In this document: in pieces, positions 19,698 through 29,387 of the stretch
Layout: each line of letters starts with the position of its first letter
Position numbering within the stretch: the stretch's first letter is position 1
Source of the DNA: Bdellovibrionales bacterium
Lineage (GTDB): Bacteria > Bdellovibrionota > Bdellovibrionia > Bdellovibrionales > UBA1609
Assembly: GCA_965200875.1 (NCBI GenBank)
Contig: OZ241456.1
Location: 160,001-224,000 of the forward strand
Direction of reading: 5' to 3'
DNA length: 64,000 nucleotides
The notes under the pieces: model-generated
Seen by the model: only the letters and a program-made list of their open reading frames with translations
What the model was told of the DNA's origin: nothing
The model's database searches: none
Translations under genes and position numbers: made by a program

Positions 19698-21260
19698 TTA
19701 ACCAGTGGTTTTTTTTCGGATCAGAGGATCCGGTCTGAGGGTTCTTCTTTCCAGCTTATAGTCTTTTACTTTGGACACCAAAGCTGCCCTAGAGATACCA
19801 AGTTTTTTCGCCACCTTGGTCTTGTTCCAACCCTCTTGTTTTAAGGATTGGGAAATCATTTGTCGCTCTAATTGGGCAATGGCTTTTTTCATGGCCTTTC
19901 CACTGTTGTTTGTGTTTAAAAAAGAAGCAAATTGTAAATTGCTTTCCGGGTTTTTGATTTTTTCAGAAAGAAATTCTTCCTTAATATAAGTGTCGTTTCC
20001 GGTAAAGACGGCTAATCTTTCCGCTTCATTTTGAAGTTCTCTCACATTACCAGGCCAGGGATACTGACGAAGTTTTTCCAGAGCTTTTTTTGTAAAAATT
20101 TTAGGGGTTTGGCTGAAACGATTGATAAAAAACTCTGCTAAGAGTTCGATGTCTTCTGTTCTGTCTCTTAAGGCGGGGGCTTGTATATTGATAACATTCA
20201 GGCGATAATAAAGGTCCTCTCGAAAAGTGCCTTCTTCCACCATTTTTTTAAGATTTTTATTGGTAGCTGCGATAATACGCACATCCACTGTCTTGGGTTC
20301 TATGCCTCCCACAGGAAAAAAAACACCTTCCTGAATAACCCTTAAAAGCTTAACCTGCATGGCCGGGGAAGTGTCTCCCACTTCATCTAAGAAGAAGCTT
20401 CCCTCGTGGGCTGATTCAAAAAGCCCTTTTTTATCTTTGTAAGCTCCTGTAAAAGCTCCTTTTACATGACCAAACAATTCTGATTCCAGAAGATTATCGT
20501 TTAAGGCAGAACAATTTTGCACCACAAAAACCTGATTTTTCCTCGGGGAATTTTGATGAATGGATTTGGCAATTAGTTCTTTTCCCGTGCCATTTTCTCC
20601 CTGTATGAGGATGGTGTTTTGCGAGAGCTTGATTTTATCCAATAGATTGTAAAGTTGGTGCATGGCTTTGGATTTTCCCACCATATCTCCATAAGAAAGG
20701 CTTGAGGATTTAGAGGTTTCATTTAATTGTTGTTTTTTTTCTGTAAATTCTTTTTGGACAGAGGCTATTTCTTTTGCCATCAATTCCATAAGATCTATGA
20801 AGTAACTCTTGTCTTTTTCCAGTATCAGGGGAATATGTTCTTTTTTTTCCAAATATTTGGAAAGCCCATTTTTCAACCAATCTTGTGTTATGACTTCTTT
20901 GTTTTGGGTTTCTTTGGAGAAGGCAAACCCTAAGGCAATGACAAAACCCGTTGTGTGGAAGTGGCTTTGAATGGGGAGTATTAACATATTCAATCCCGTA
21001 CCGGGCCATTTTTCCAAATTTCCATCTTGGTGATTTTGCTTTTGAACAAATTGAAGGGTTTGAAAGAAAGACTTTTTTAAGGATTCCTGTTCAAAAAACT
21101 CCTGTATTAAAGGGTTTCGAAGATTTTTTTTAAAGTCCAAGGCTTGATCCATAATATTTTTTTCGGAGATAATTATGACATCTGTTTTCCACCATTGGTA
21201 AATAATACTTTTGGTTTGTTTTACAACATGAAGATTTTTTAAATCATTCCAGTTAAACAT
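19698..21260 (-). CDS. Sigma54-dependent transcriptional activator (bEBP) with N-terminal PocR-like sensor and Fis HTH
   Basis: GENGTGKE, ESELFGH.KGAFTGA, FLDEVG, FREDLYYRL, WPGNVREL, C-terminal HTH; sensor identity tentative. Confidence 0.95.
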   Translation of the reverse strand: MFNWNDLKNLHVVKQTKSIIYQWWKTDVIIISEKNIMDQALDFKKNLRNPLIQEFFEQESLKKSFFQTLQFVQKQNHQDGNLEKWPGTGLNMLILPIQSHFHTTGFVIALGFAFSKETQNKEVITQDWLKNGLSKYLEKKEHIPLILEKDKSYFIDLMELMAKEIASVQKEFTEKKQQLNETSKSSSLSYGDMVGKSKAMHQLYNLLDKIKLSQNTILIQGENGTGKELIAKSIHQNSPRKNQVFVVQNCSALNDNLLESELFGHVKGAFTGAYKDKKGLFESAHEGSFFLDEVGDTSPAMQVKLLRVIQEGVFFPVGGIEPKTVDVRIIAATNKNLKKMVEEGTFREDLYYRLNVINIQAPALRDRTEDIELLAEFFINRFSQTPKIFTKKALEKLRQYPWPGNVRELQNEAERLAVFTGNDTYIKEEFLSEKIKNPESNLQFASFLNTNNSGKAMKKAIAQLERQMISQSLKQEGWNKTKVAKKLGISRAALVSKVKDYKLERRTLRPDPLIRKKTTG

Positions 21261-21434
21261 GCCTTTTTCCCTTTTAAAAACTGTTCATTTTCTTTAATTG
21301 TACTTGTTTATATATATATCGTAAGGCCAGTGTTTAAACTTTAGACATTTTTTGGACTTAAGTTTGCCAAGGTGGGAGAGGGAGGCCACGGATATTTGTA
21401 ATACAGATGAAAGTTTTAGGACATATAGAAGAGA

Positions 21435-21507
21435 TGGCTCGGGACGGAATCGAACCGCCGACACAGAGATTTTCAGTCTCCTGCTCTACCGACTGAGCTA
21501 CCGAGCC
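21435..21507 (-). tRNA. tRNA-Phe (GAA), CCA not encoded
   Basis: Reverse complement GGCTCGGTAGCTCAGTCGGTAGAGCAGGAGACTGAAAATCTCTGTGTCGGCGGTTCGATTCCGTCCCGAGCCA folds as a cloverleaf with GAA anticodon. Confidence 0.97.
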
Positions 21508-22658
21508 TTAAGATGTTTAAAAGCTTGTAAAAAGTCTTCTTTTAAATCTTCTATATTTTCAATACCCACACTGACACGAATCAGGGATTCCGGGGGGGGA
21601 TGAGGAGAGCTGGCATGAGTCATGCTGGCCGGATGTTCCACCAAAGATTCCACTCCTCCCAAACTTTCCGCCAAAGTAAAAACCTGAAATCGGCTTAAAA
21701 CTTCAAAAACCTGTTTTTTATTTCCATTGAGAAAAAAACTAAGCATCCCTCCAAAACCCGACATTTGTTTTAAAGCCAGAGAATGTTGTGGGTGGGATTT
21801 TAAGCCAGGGTATAAAATTTTTTTTACCTCTTTTCGGCTTTCTAGGAAATGGGCTAATTCCTTTGCGTTTTTTTCATGTTCTTTCATTCGCACGGCCAAG
21901 GTTTTAAGGCTTCTCAGTAAAAGATAAGAATCAAAAGGAGACAGAACCGGCCCCAGAGATTTGCTCAAAAAAGCCAGTTTTTCTGCGAGCTTAGGGCAGT
22001 TTGTGGTAATTGTTCCTGCCACAATATCTGAATGGCCGCTTAAATATTTGGTCGCTGAATGGATCACAATATCCGCGCCCATTAAAAGCGGTTTTTGGAA
22101 AAAAGGACTCATAAAGGTATTATCCACTGCCAGCAAAATTTTGTGTTTTTTCGTAAAAGCACTTAAGTTTTGAATATCCATTAATTTCATAAGAGGGTTG
22201 GTGGGGGTTTCCACCCAAACCATTTTTGTTTTTTCAGGAATATTTAAAATATTTTCTTTTCGTGAAAGATCTTTTAAAAAAATACGCACCCCGCGGGGTT
22301 TTAAGATTTGTGTGAGAATTCTAAGACTTCCCCCATAAAGATCTTCTTCAGCCACCAGAAGGTCTCCAGGTTTTAAAAGCTCAAATATCAGGGAGCTTGC
22401 GGAAACTCCAGAGGAGCAGGCAAAGGAAAATCGTCCTTCTTCAAGGGAGCTGATACATTTTTCCAGGGCTTTTCGGGTGGGGTTTGCGACACGGGAATAT
22501 TCATAACCTTTGTGTTTTCCCGGTGCACTTTGAGCATAAGTGGAGGAAAGAGTGATGGGGGTCATAACCGCACCAGTTACGGGGTCAGGTTCCTGCCCGG
22601 CATGAATGGCTCGTGTGGCAAAGTTTTTCCTATTCTGATTTTGGTTCATAGTCTGCAT
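21498..22658 (-). CDS. metB: Cystathionine gamma-synthase/gamma-lyase (PLP-dependent trans-sulfuration enzyme)
   Basis: YEYSRVANPT, VETPTNP, VDNTF, HSATKYLSGHSD, LAESLGGVESL. Confidence 0.9.
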   Translation of the reverse strand: MQTMNQNQNRKNFATRAIHAGQEPDPVTGAVMTPITLSSTYAQSAPGKHKGYEYSRVANPTRKALEKCISSLEEGRFSFACSSGVSASSLIFELLKPGDLLVAEEDLYGGSLRILTQILKPRGVRIFLKDLSRKENILNIPEKTKMVWVETPTNPLMKLMDIQNLSAFTKKHKILLAVDNTFMSPFFQKPLLMGADIVIHSATKYLSGHSDIVAGTITTNCPKLAEKLAFLSKSLGPVLSPFDSYLLLRSLKTLAVRMKEHEKNAKELAHFLESRKEVKKILYPGLKSHPQHSLALKQMSGFGGMLSFFLNGNKKQVFEVLSRFQVFTLAESLGGVESLVEHPASMTHASSPHPPPESLIRVSVGIENIEDLKEDFLQAFKHLKAR

Positions 22659-22783
22659 AATATAATGAAGAATGGAGATTTAGGAAAATGTTTTTTAAGG
22701 TTTTCTAAATCCCGCTGGTTAAGAAAATCATGCCCCTCTCAAAGCCGATCTAAAGGGCTAAAAAAAGCATTGCTTTTAAGCCT

Positions 22784-23659
22784 CTAAAAAATCAACACAG
22801 TCAATATTCCAAGAGGCCAAAGATAAAAGGCAAAATAGGGAAAAAGATTCTTTTTAAGGGAATAAACAAGCCCCTTTAAAGCCAGGCTCCCAAAGAACCA
22901 AGAACTGAAAAAAGCCAGACATAAACTAAAGCCTGAAGAGTTTTTTTGCGGAGGGTTATCAAACCATTCCCATAAAGAACCTCCTGATATGATCGGGATA
23001 GCCATCAGGAAACTGAAAAAAATGGCTTGTTTTCTGGGCCACCTCAGGAACAAAGCCGTGGAGATGGTCCAGCCCGATCGACTGATTCCCGGAAAGAAAG
23101 CTAATGTTTGCGAAAGCCCAATCAAAAGGATTGTGAAGAGCAGATAGTTTTTTTTTAATTGTAAAGTTTTTTCGGGAAGAGGTATGGACTTTTTGGATTC
23201 AGGGGAAGAAGAGGAATGCGTGAGAGGAAAAAAAATTTCATTATTGGCTTTTTTAAGTTTGTAGCGGGTGAGAAAAAGCAATATACCCGTTAAGATGAAG
23301 CCCACACCTGTCCATTGTGGTTCATGGAAAGCTCTTTCCATAAGCGGTTTAAAGGTAAAAGCTCCTAAAATTCCGGGCAATGTAGCCAGAGCTGTTAGAT
23401 AAATCCATCTTCCATCCCCTTTCGGTTGTAAGGGGTTTGAGCTGAAGTCTCTTAAAATATTCCAAAGATATTTTTTGTAGTGGCCTAAAATGGCCATCAA
23501 AGTTCCTAAGTGTAAAATGAGAACGAATAATAAATCAAACTCCGGGATTTTGAAAAGAGAGCTTAACAAAACAAGGTGTCCTGAGCTGGAGATTGGTAAA
23601 AATTCAGAAAGTCCTTGAATGAAACCCAGAAGAAAAATATAGAGATATAATTCTGACAT
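22784..23659 (-). CDS. uppP: Undecaprenyl-diphosphate phosphatase
   Basis: QGLSEFLPISSSGHL and PGISRSG motifs, multi-TM. Confidence 0.95.
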   Translation of the reverse strand: MSELYLYIFLLGFIQGLSEFLPISSSGHLVLLSSLFKIPEFDLLFVLILHLGTLMAILGHYKKYLWNILRDFSSNPLQPKGDGRWIYLTALATLPGILGAFTFKPLMERAFHEPQWTGVGFILTGILLFLTRYKLKKANNEIFFPLTHSSSSPESKKSIPLPEKTLQLKKNYLLFTILLIGLSQTLAFFPGISRSGWTISTALFLRWPRKQAIFFSFLMAIPIISGGSLWEWFDNPPQKNSSGFSLCLAFFSSWFFGSLALKGLVYSLKKNLFPYFAFYLWPLGILTVLIF

Positions 23660-23672
23660 AGTGTCTTTCTTT

Positions 23673-24791
23673 TTAGAAAAAATCCTTATCTCTTAAAATT
23701 ATTTTTTGGCCACTGGTTAAATAGATATATTTTACACCGGATTTTTTGTAGCTTTCCCATTTTAATTTGTAAGAGCCGGGTTTTTTGACCCGAATATCCA
23801 GAGGTGGATAACCCGTAAACCCTGACATTTTCACATACACCCATTTTTTCGTGCGAATCAGCACTTCTGCAGGATGTGCAGAAGGTTTGTGTTTGCCATA
23901 AGAGGTAAAGGGATTGGCAGTAAACACAAGAAGGAAGAATAGCAAGGTACAGCTGATAACAGATTGATAGGAAAATAGCTTTTTTTTGGGAAGAGAAGGG
24001 TATTTAGGCTTTTTTTTCCGGGAAAAGCAGTTCTTGATAAACAGGCTATGATGAATTTTTTGTCCTAGGGAGGATAAAGCTTTAGGGGAGAAGGAAAAGT
24101 TTTTTTCTTTTCTTTTTTCCGGGGATGGATCCAAAAGAGGATCTTCTTTGTGGATAAAGTGCTCGCTTTCTAGGCTTGAAAGCTCCTCTTCCAGAACTCT
24201 TCCGATTAGCACTTTTTCTAAAACACCTAAAGAAAAGAGATCCGACTGAAAACCCGCTGATTTACCTTTGTAAAGCTCTGGTGCTGTGAAGGGTTTTGTG
24301 CTGTAGGTGAGGTTTTTTGTGTAGTTGCTCAAACCATAATCTGTCAGATAAACAGATCCATTGGTATCAATTAAGATATTGGAAAGACTTATATCCCCGT
24401 GTGAAAGCCCGTTTTTCAAAAGCTCTTTTAAGCCCGTGAGTACTTGTGAGCAAATACAGTTTATTTCATTTTTGTTAAGAGAGGTGTTTTTTACCAATTG
24501 TTTAAGGTTTAAACCGGGAATGTACTCCAAAATTAACGCGGGGCGAGAATGAAACTTTTCAAAGGAAAGTGCTTTTACCAAGTGAGTGCTGTGTCTGGCT
24601 CTTAACAGGGATTCCATTTGCAGGATCGAAAGCAATCTTTCTTTTTTTTTAAAGAGCTTGATAATCACCGGCATTTTGATTTTCAGATCTGTATCGGTAC
24701 GGTGGGCCAAATACACTATATTAAAAGGACTTTCTCCTAAAATTTCTTGAACTTCATAGGAATGCGAGGAGGTGATAAACCTGTTGGACAT
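23673..24791 (-). CDS. Hanks-type Ser/Thr protein kinase with C-terminal TM and small extracytoplasmic domain
   Basis: IIK, LEYIPG, HGDISLSNILI, DYG, APE, SDLFSLG; Gly-rich loop degenerate. Confidence 0.88.
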   Translation of the reverse strand: MSNRFITSSHSYEVQEILGESPFNIVYLAHRTDTDLKIKMPVIIKLFKKKERLLSILQMESLLRARHSTHLVKALSFEKFHSRPALILEYIPGLNLKQLVKNTSLNKNEINCICSQVLTGLKELLKNGLSHGDISLSNILIDTNGSVYLTDYGLSNYTKNLTYSTKPFTAPELYKGKSAGFQSDLFSLGVLEKVLIGRVLEEELSSLESEHFIHKEDPLLDPSPEKRKEKNFSFSPKALSSLGQKIHHSLFIKNCFSRKKKPKYPSLPKKKLFSYQSVISCTLLFFLLVFTANPFTSYGKHKPSAHPAEVLIRTKKWVYVKMSGFTGYPPLDIRVKKPGSYKLKWESYKKSGVKYIYLTSGQKIILRDKDFF

Positions 24792-24831
24792 GTCCTTTTT
24801 TTAAAGGAAAAAACTCAAATGTCAAAAGCTT

Positions 24832-25281
24832 TTATGGAATATCATGTAAATGCCATTTTAATATATTTTCAGGAGCTTGATCTCTTAACTGATATTCTAT
24901 CAGTTTTTTCGCTCGTTTTATTTGTTTTCGGCAAAATTCACTTAAATGTTGTTTTTGCAAAATTTGTTTTATTTGTTCGGGCTTTTTCAGTCTCCCGGAA
25001 AACTCTTCGCATTTTTCATTTAAATAGGATGTCAATAAGGTATTTTTTTGAATGTGCGGGTTTTTGGAAAAATTTTTCCATTCATAACAGGCATAGGGTA
25101 CGGTTTCTTTTTGTAATTGTAACAGGCAGAGGGTTTTCAGTTTTTCTTTGGTTTCCTGTTTTTCTATCATTTTCTCCAGTTCTTGGGTACTTCTGGCAGA
25201 CATCCATTGTTCATTTGGGAAGCTGAGTAAAGGGTATGGTAATAATAGAATGTAAAAAAGTTTTTGGAAAAATGTTTTCAT
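24832..25281 (-). CDS. Hypothetical exported protein with 4 Cys
   Basis: Signal-like N-terminus, AAGGAG RBS, downstream of a sigma54 promoter. Confidence 0.7.
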   Translation of the reverse strand: MKTFFQKLFYILLLPYPLLSFPNEQWMSARSTQELEKMIEKQETKEKLKTLCLLQLQKETVPYACYEWKNFSKNPHIQKNTLLTSYLNEKCEEFSGRLKKPEQIKQILQKQHLSEFCRKQIKRAKKLIEYQLRDQAPENILKWHLHDIP

Positions 25282-25321
25282 GGGTCAAATGCTCCTTTTA
25301 AAGTTTTTATTTTTCGTAATA

Positions 25322-25338
25322 AGCAAAATCCGTGCCAG
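25322..25338 (-). promoter_or_regulatory. Sigma54 (-24/-12) promoter
   Basis: Minus strand CTGGCACGGATTTTGCT matches TGGCAC-N5-TTGC, about 40 nt upstream of ATG at 25281. Confidence 0.85.
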
Positions 25339-25366
25339 ATATTATTATTCTGGAATAAAAGTGTTT

Positions 25367-25798
25367 TCAGTTAAAGCTTGCTTGCAGTTCGAGCAGTAAA
25401 GGGGCTAGTAAAAGAAGAAAGAAAGCGGGCACCTGAAATAAAAAAAGCGGAATAAGAGAGATAAAGGGCAATGTTTGAATTTGTTGTTCTAAATCCTCTA
25501 GAGCAATTGTTTTCAGTTCTTCTTCCAGATCCTGAAGAAGGCCCAGTATAGGTTCTCCTTTAAGTCCCCGCTCAAGAATGTCTAAAAGAGTTTTTCTATA
25601 GGGTTTTTTTGTCAAGCTTAGGTCAGTAAATGTTTTTCCGGTTTCCCGGCAAAACAGCCACTGCCGAAGAGAGGAGGCAAAAGCTGAGTCCGGCTGATTT
25701 TTCAAATAAAGATGGATGGCTGAGCGGACAGACAGTCCATTTTTAATATTCATCTGAATTTGAAGCAAAGCGTTTAAAGGGGGAGCTAAACAGTCCAT
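25367..25798 (-). CDS. TadC-like / T2SS-F-like membrane protein (short, divergent)
   Basis: ATG at 25798 overlapping the upstream gene; G.SVRSA..., LERGLKGEPILGLL..LEEE, C-terminal TM PLFLFQVPAFFLLL. Confidence 0.6.
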   Translation of the reverse strand: MDCLAPPLNALLQIQMNIKNGLSVRSAIHLYLKNQPDSAFASSLRQWLFCRETGKTFTDLSLTKKPYRKTLLDILERGLKGEPILGLLQDLEEELKTIALEDLEQQIQTLPFISLIPLFLFQVPAFFLLLLAPLLLELQASFN

Positions 25799-26541
25799 TT
25801 TATTTTCCTTCCACATTGAAATAAAACAATAAGCCCGGTTAAAAACAGAAAAAGAGATAACAATAAAATTTGCAGGTACTTTAAACCATATTTTTGCAGG
25901 ACAAACAGAAAAAGCCCGGAATAAAGAATCAACAGAATAAAAGATTGAATGTGAATTTGAAGGAGAGCGGACTGCACTTTTTTTCGAAAAACAGATCGTA
26001 CTTTCACTTGATGTCGTAAATTTTCCAGATGCTCCAAACATTGTGGGGAGAGGTCTGCTTGTTTCAGCTCTTCAATCATTTGCCGGAGCGGGGGAAAACA
26101 AAATTCTTTTCGGAGACTTTTTGCATAAGAGATTATTTCCAATATTTCCATAAAATAATTTTGAAAATGTCTATGTGAAAGCATTGTCAAAGCTATTTTG
26201 AAGCCGGCCCGAAAACTAGAGCCTATTTTAATTTGGGCTATGAGAGCATTTAGAAAAAGTTCAAATTGCAAATAAAACTGTTGTTTCCATACGAAAAGCA
26301 GGAACCACTGCAAAAAGAAAGTCAGTATTAAAGGAAAGTAAATAACTAGATATTTAAAAAACAAAATGGGCAGAGAAAGTTGAGAAAGGAGAAAAACAAG
26401 TAAAACACTGAAAATAAACCAGATTTTCCAGACTATTGGAGATAAAAAACTGAGAAAGATACTTTTATGAAGAGTGTTCCAAAGTATCTTCAGACAAATA
26501 AGAATATGAAAAAATAACAATAAAGATTTTGTGTCAGTCAT
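25786..26541 (-). CDS. TadB-like / T2SS-F-like membrane protein (divergent)
   Basis: TM segments, FLNALIAQIKIGSSFRAG, LRHQVKVRSVFRKKVQSALLQIHIQ, two C-terminal TMs. Confidence 0.65.
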   Translation of the reverse strand: MTDTKSLLLFFHILICLKILWNTLHKSIFLSFLSPIVWKIWFIFSVLLVFLLSQLSLPILFFKYLVIYFPLILTFFLQWFLLFVWKQQFYLQFELFLNALIAQIKIGSSFRAGFKIALTMLSHRHFQNYFMEILEIISYAKSLRKEFCFPPLRQMIEELKQADLSPQCLEHLENLRHQVKVRSVFRKKVQSALLQIHIQSFILLILYSGLFLFVLQKYGLKYLQILLLSLFLFLTGLIVLFQCGRKIKWTV

Positions 26542-26675
26542 ATAAATATTATGATATGCAAAATAGAGAGCATTTTTTTATTTGACTGGAAAAGAAAGTG
26601 GAGTGACACTAATTAAAAAATCGGTGGAAGTTTTTTTTCATCGTGAAACATCAGCACTCAACATGAGGAGGAGCA

Positions 26676-26906
26676 ATGGCTGGCAAAAAAACAAAGAAGA
26701 AAGCCAAGAAAAAGGTAACCCGGAAAAAAGCTGTAAAGAGGAAAGTAAAGAAGAAGGTCAAGAAAAAGGTAACTAGAAAGAAGGTTACTAGAAGAAGGAA
26801 AGCGGGTAAGAAAAAGGTAACTAGAAAGAAGGTTACCAGAAGAAGGAAAACGGGTAAGAAAAAAGTTAAAAAGAAAGTAAAGAAGAAGGTTAGGAGAAAA
26901 AAATAA
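26676..26906 (+). CDS. Histone H1-like / Hc2-like Lys/Arg-rich repeat protein
   Basis: 76 aa made only of M,A,G,K,T,V,R; pentapeptide KKVTR/KKVKK repeats; strong GAGGAGG RBS; terminator follows. Confidence 0.85.
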   Translation: MAGKKTKKKAKKKVTRKKAVKRKVKKKVKKKVTRKKVTRRRKAGKKKVTRKKVTRRRKTGKKKVKKKVKKKVRRKK

Positions 26907-26918
26907 TTAAGATAGTTT

Positions 26919-26961
26919 AGACCTCTCGATAACTTTTCCTTTTCGGGAGGTCTGTTTTTTT
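26919..26961 (+). terminator. Rho-independent terminator
   Basis: Stem agacctctcga / tcgggaggtct followed by a T run. Confidence 0.8.
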
Positions 26962-27221
26962 CAGAAATCAAAACTGAGTTTATTTTATCAAGCGGGAGTC
27001 GTGTCCTAAAGGTATTGATTTTTGCTCCGCGCTTTAATTCTGGTTTTTGTCAAATATGTTTAAAAGTCAGAAAAACACAAGCCCTAAGGCCAGATTATTC
27101 AGGATCGGTTTGGTGGAATCAAATCATCTTTTGCTCTGATACTTTGAGTAAAAAAGGTTTTTAGGGCTTGAAAAAAAATAGTTTTGAAAATGGAACAATT
27201 TTGGGCTTAAAGGTTTTTTTT

Positions 27222-28148
27222 ATGAAAAAGGCAAAAATTTCTATTATTGGCGGTGGGTTTGTAGGTTCCACTTGCGCGCATTGGCTTTTAAGTCGGGACT
27301 TAGGGGATATAGTTTTACTGGATATTGCGGAAGATATGGTAAAAGGTCGTGCTTTAGATCTTTTTCAATCCCGCTCTTTGACCTCCTCCAGTCTGCAAAT
27401 AAAAGGAACTGCAAACTATCAGAATATTGAAAATTCAGATATCGTGATTATTACGGCCGGTCAGGCGCGAAAACCGGGAATGAGTCGGGACAGGCTAAGA
27501 GATATAAACGCAAAAATAATAGTGCAGGTTTGCGAACAGATAAAAACAAAAGCTCCTTTAGCCTGTGTCATTATAGTGACCAATCCTTTGGATGTAATGG
27601 CTTATCTGGCTTGGAAAACTCTGGATTTTCCGGCTGAGCGGGTAATGGGTATGGCTGGAGTCCTAGACAGTGCTCGTTTTAAGGCTTTTGTTGCGCAGGA
27701 ATTAGGAGTAAGCGTTCAGGATGTGCAGGCTTTTGTTTTAGGTGGGCATGGAGATACTATGGTGTTGCTGACTCGTTTGTGTCATGTGGGAGGTATTCCT
27801 TTGAAGGAGTTGTTGCCAAAAGAGAGAATTAACTTTTTAGTGGAAAAAACCAAGTCCGGTGGTGCAGAAATTGTTTCTTTACTTAAAACCGCTTCGGCTT
27901 ATTATGCTCCGGCTTTAAGTGTGGTGGAAATGGTTACGGCGATTTTAAAAGATCAAAAACGAATTTTGCCTTGTTCGACTCTTTTAAGAGGAGAATATGG
28001 AGTCCAGGATTTATTTATGGGTGTTCTTTGTTGCCTAGGAGCAGGTGGAGTGGAAAAAGTGATGGAGTTTTCCCTGAAAGAAGAGGAAAAAGAGCAGTTT
28101 CAAAAATCGGTTTTTGCTGTTAAAAACCAAGTGGATCCGTTGAAATAA
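27222..28148 (+). CDS. mdh: Malate dehydrogenase (LDH-like)
   Basis: IIGGGFVG, ITAG.ARKPGMSR, VTNPLD, GMAGVLDSAR, LGGHGD, SAYYAP. Confidence 0.96.
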   Translation: MKKAKISIIGGGFVGSTCAHWLLSRDLGDIVLLDIAEDMVKGRALDLFQSRSLTSSSLQIKGTANYQNIENSDIVIITAGQARKPGMSRDRLRDINAKIIVQVCEQIKTKAPLACVIIVTNPLDVMAYLAWKTLDFPAERVMGMAGVLDSARFKAFVAQELGVSVQDVQAFVLGGHGDTMVLLTRLCHVGGIPLKELLPKERINFLVEKTKSGGAEIVSLLKTASAYYAPALSVVEMVTAILKDQKRILPCSTLLRGEYGVQDLFMGVLCCLGAGGVEKVMEFSLKEEEKEQFQKSVFAVKNQVDPLK

Positions 28149-28196
28149 AAAGGTTTGAAATTCCTTTTCTTTATTTTTAAGGAGTGTAAATTTATA

Positions 28197-29387
28197 ATGG
28201 AAATTCATGAGTATCAGGCAAAAGCTTTGCTTAAGCAATTTGGTGTTCAGATTCTCTTAGGTCAGGTGGCAGAAGATGCCGATCAGGCTTTCAAAATCGC
28301 GAAGGAAATGCCATCTTCCAAAGGATGGGTGGTTAAAGCGCAGGTACAGGCAGGGGGGCGTGGTCTGGCAGGCGGTATAAAAAAAGCGAGTGATCCCGCG
28401 GAAGTGAAAAAAATCACCAAGCAAATGATAGGTCAGAAATTAGTAACCGCTCAGACAGGTGCGGAAGGAAAAATCATCCACCAAGTACTGGTGGAAAAAA
28501 TGTGTGAAGTGGAAAAAGAGTTTTATCTGGCTTTGCTTTTGGACAGATCTGCTCAAAAACTCTGTTTGGTAGCGAGTGCTGAAGGGGGTGTTTCTATAGA
28601 GGAAGTGGCGGAAAAGTCCCCGGAAAAAATTCTTAAAATGGAAATTGATCCTCTCACCGGCTTGCTCTCCTTCCAAGTGATGACTCTTTTAAAATGTTTT
28701 AATCTTTCGTTTTCTTTTTTTGGAAAACTGGATCTTTTTTTGCGTTCTCTTTATAAATTGATGAGGGAAAAAGAAAGCACCTTAATAGAGATAAATCCTT
28801 TGGTTTGCACAAAACAAGGGGAAATTCTCCCTTTGGATGCCAAGATGAGTTTTGATGATAACAGTCTTTTTCGCCAAGCGGAAATAAAATCTCTGATGGA
28901 CTTAAAGGAGTTGCCTCTGGAAGAGCAAAAAGCTGAGGAGCATGGACTTTCCTTCGTGAAAATGTCCGGGGGAAACATAGGTTGTATGGTAAATGGGGCG
29001 GGCCTAGCTATGGCCACAATGGATATAGTCAGCTTAAAAGGAGCAAAACCGGCTAATTTTTTGGATGTAGGGGGAGGAGTGGATAGTGAAAAAATTGATG
29101 TGGCTTTTCAGATTTTAAAAGAGGACTCCCGTGTACAGGGAATATTGGTGAATATTTTTGGAGGGATCGTCAGATGTGACTTGATAGCCGAGGGTCTCAT
29201 TAAGGCCATTAACCTTTTGGAGATAAAAATTCCGGTGGTGGTGAGGCTTGAGGGTACGAATGCCAGTAAAGCGCGTCAAATATTGGAGGCATCCGGCCAG
29301 GATTTGAGTTTTGCGGATAAATTGGATTCTGCCACGGAAAAAATTATTTCCCTGGTGAATCAAAAACCACATCAGGGGTTGAGATGA
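28197..29387 (+). CDS. sucC: Succinyl-CoA ligase beta subunit
   Basis: [46 protein letters not shown]. Confidence 0.97.
   Translation: MEIHEYQAKALLKQFGVQILLGQVAEDADQAFKIAKEMPSSKGWVVKAQVQAGGRGLAGGIKKASDPAEVKKITKQMIGQKLVTAQTGAEGKIIHQVLVEKMCEVEKEFYLALLLDRSAQKLCLVASAEGGVSIEEVAEKSPEKILKMEIDPLTGLLSFQVMTLLKCFNLSFSFFGKLDLFLRSLYKLMREKESTLIEINPLVCTKQGEILPLDAKMSFDDNSLFRQAEIKSLMDLKELPLEEQKAEEHGLSFVKMSGGNIGCMVNGAGLAMATMDIVSLKGAKPANFLDVGGGVDSEKIDVAFQILKEDSRVQGILVNIFGGIVRCDLIAEGLIKAINLLEIKIPVVVRLEGTNASKARQILEASGQDLSFADKLDSATEKIISLVNQKPHQGLR

Noticed and set aside
21352..21603. 83-aa plus-strand ORF
   Set aside because: Antisense to tRNA-Phe and the metB end; no coding evidence
26651..26971. 106-aa Phe/Leu-rich minus-strand ORF that looks like a membrane protein
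   Set aside because: Antisense shadow of the Lys-rich gene, which has the RBS and terminator
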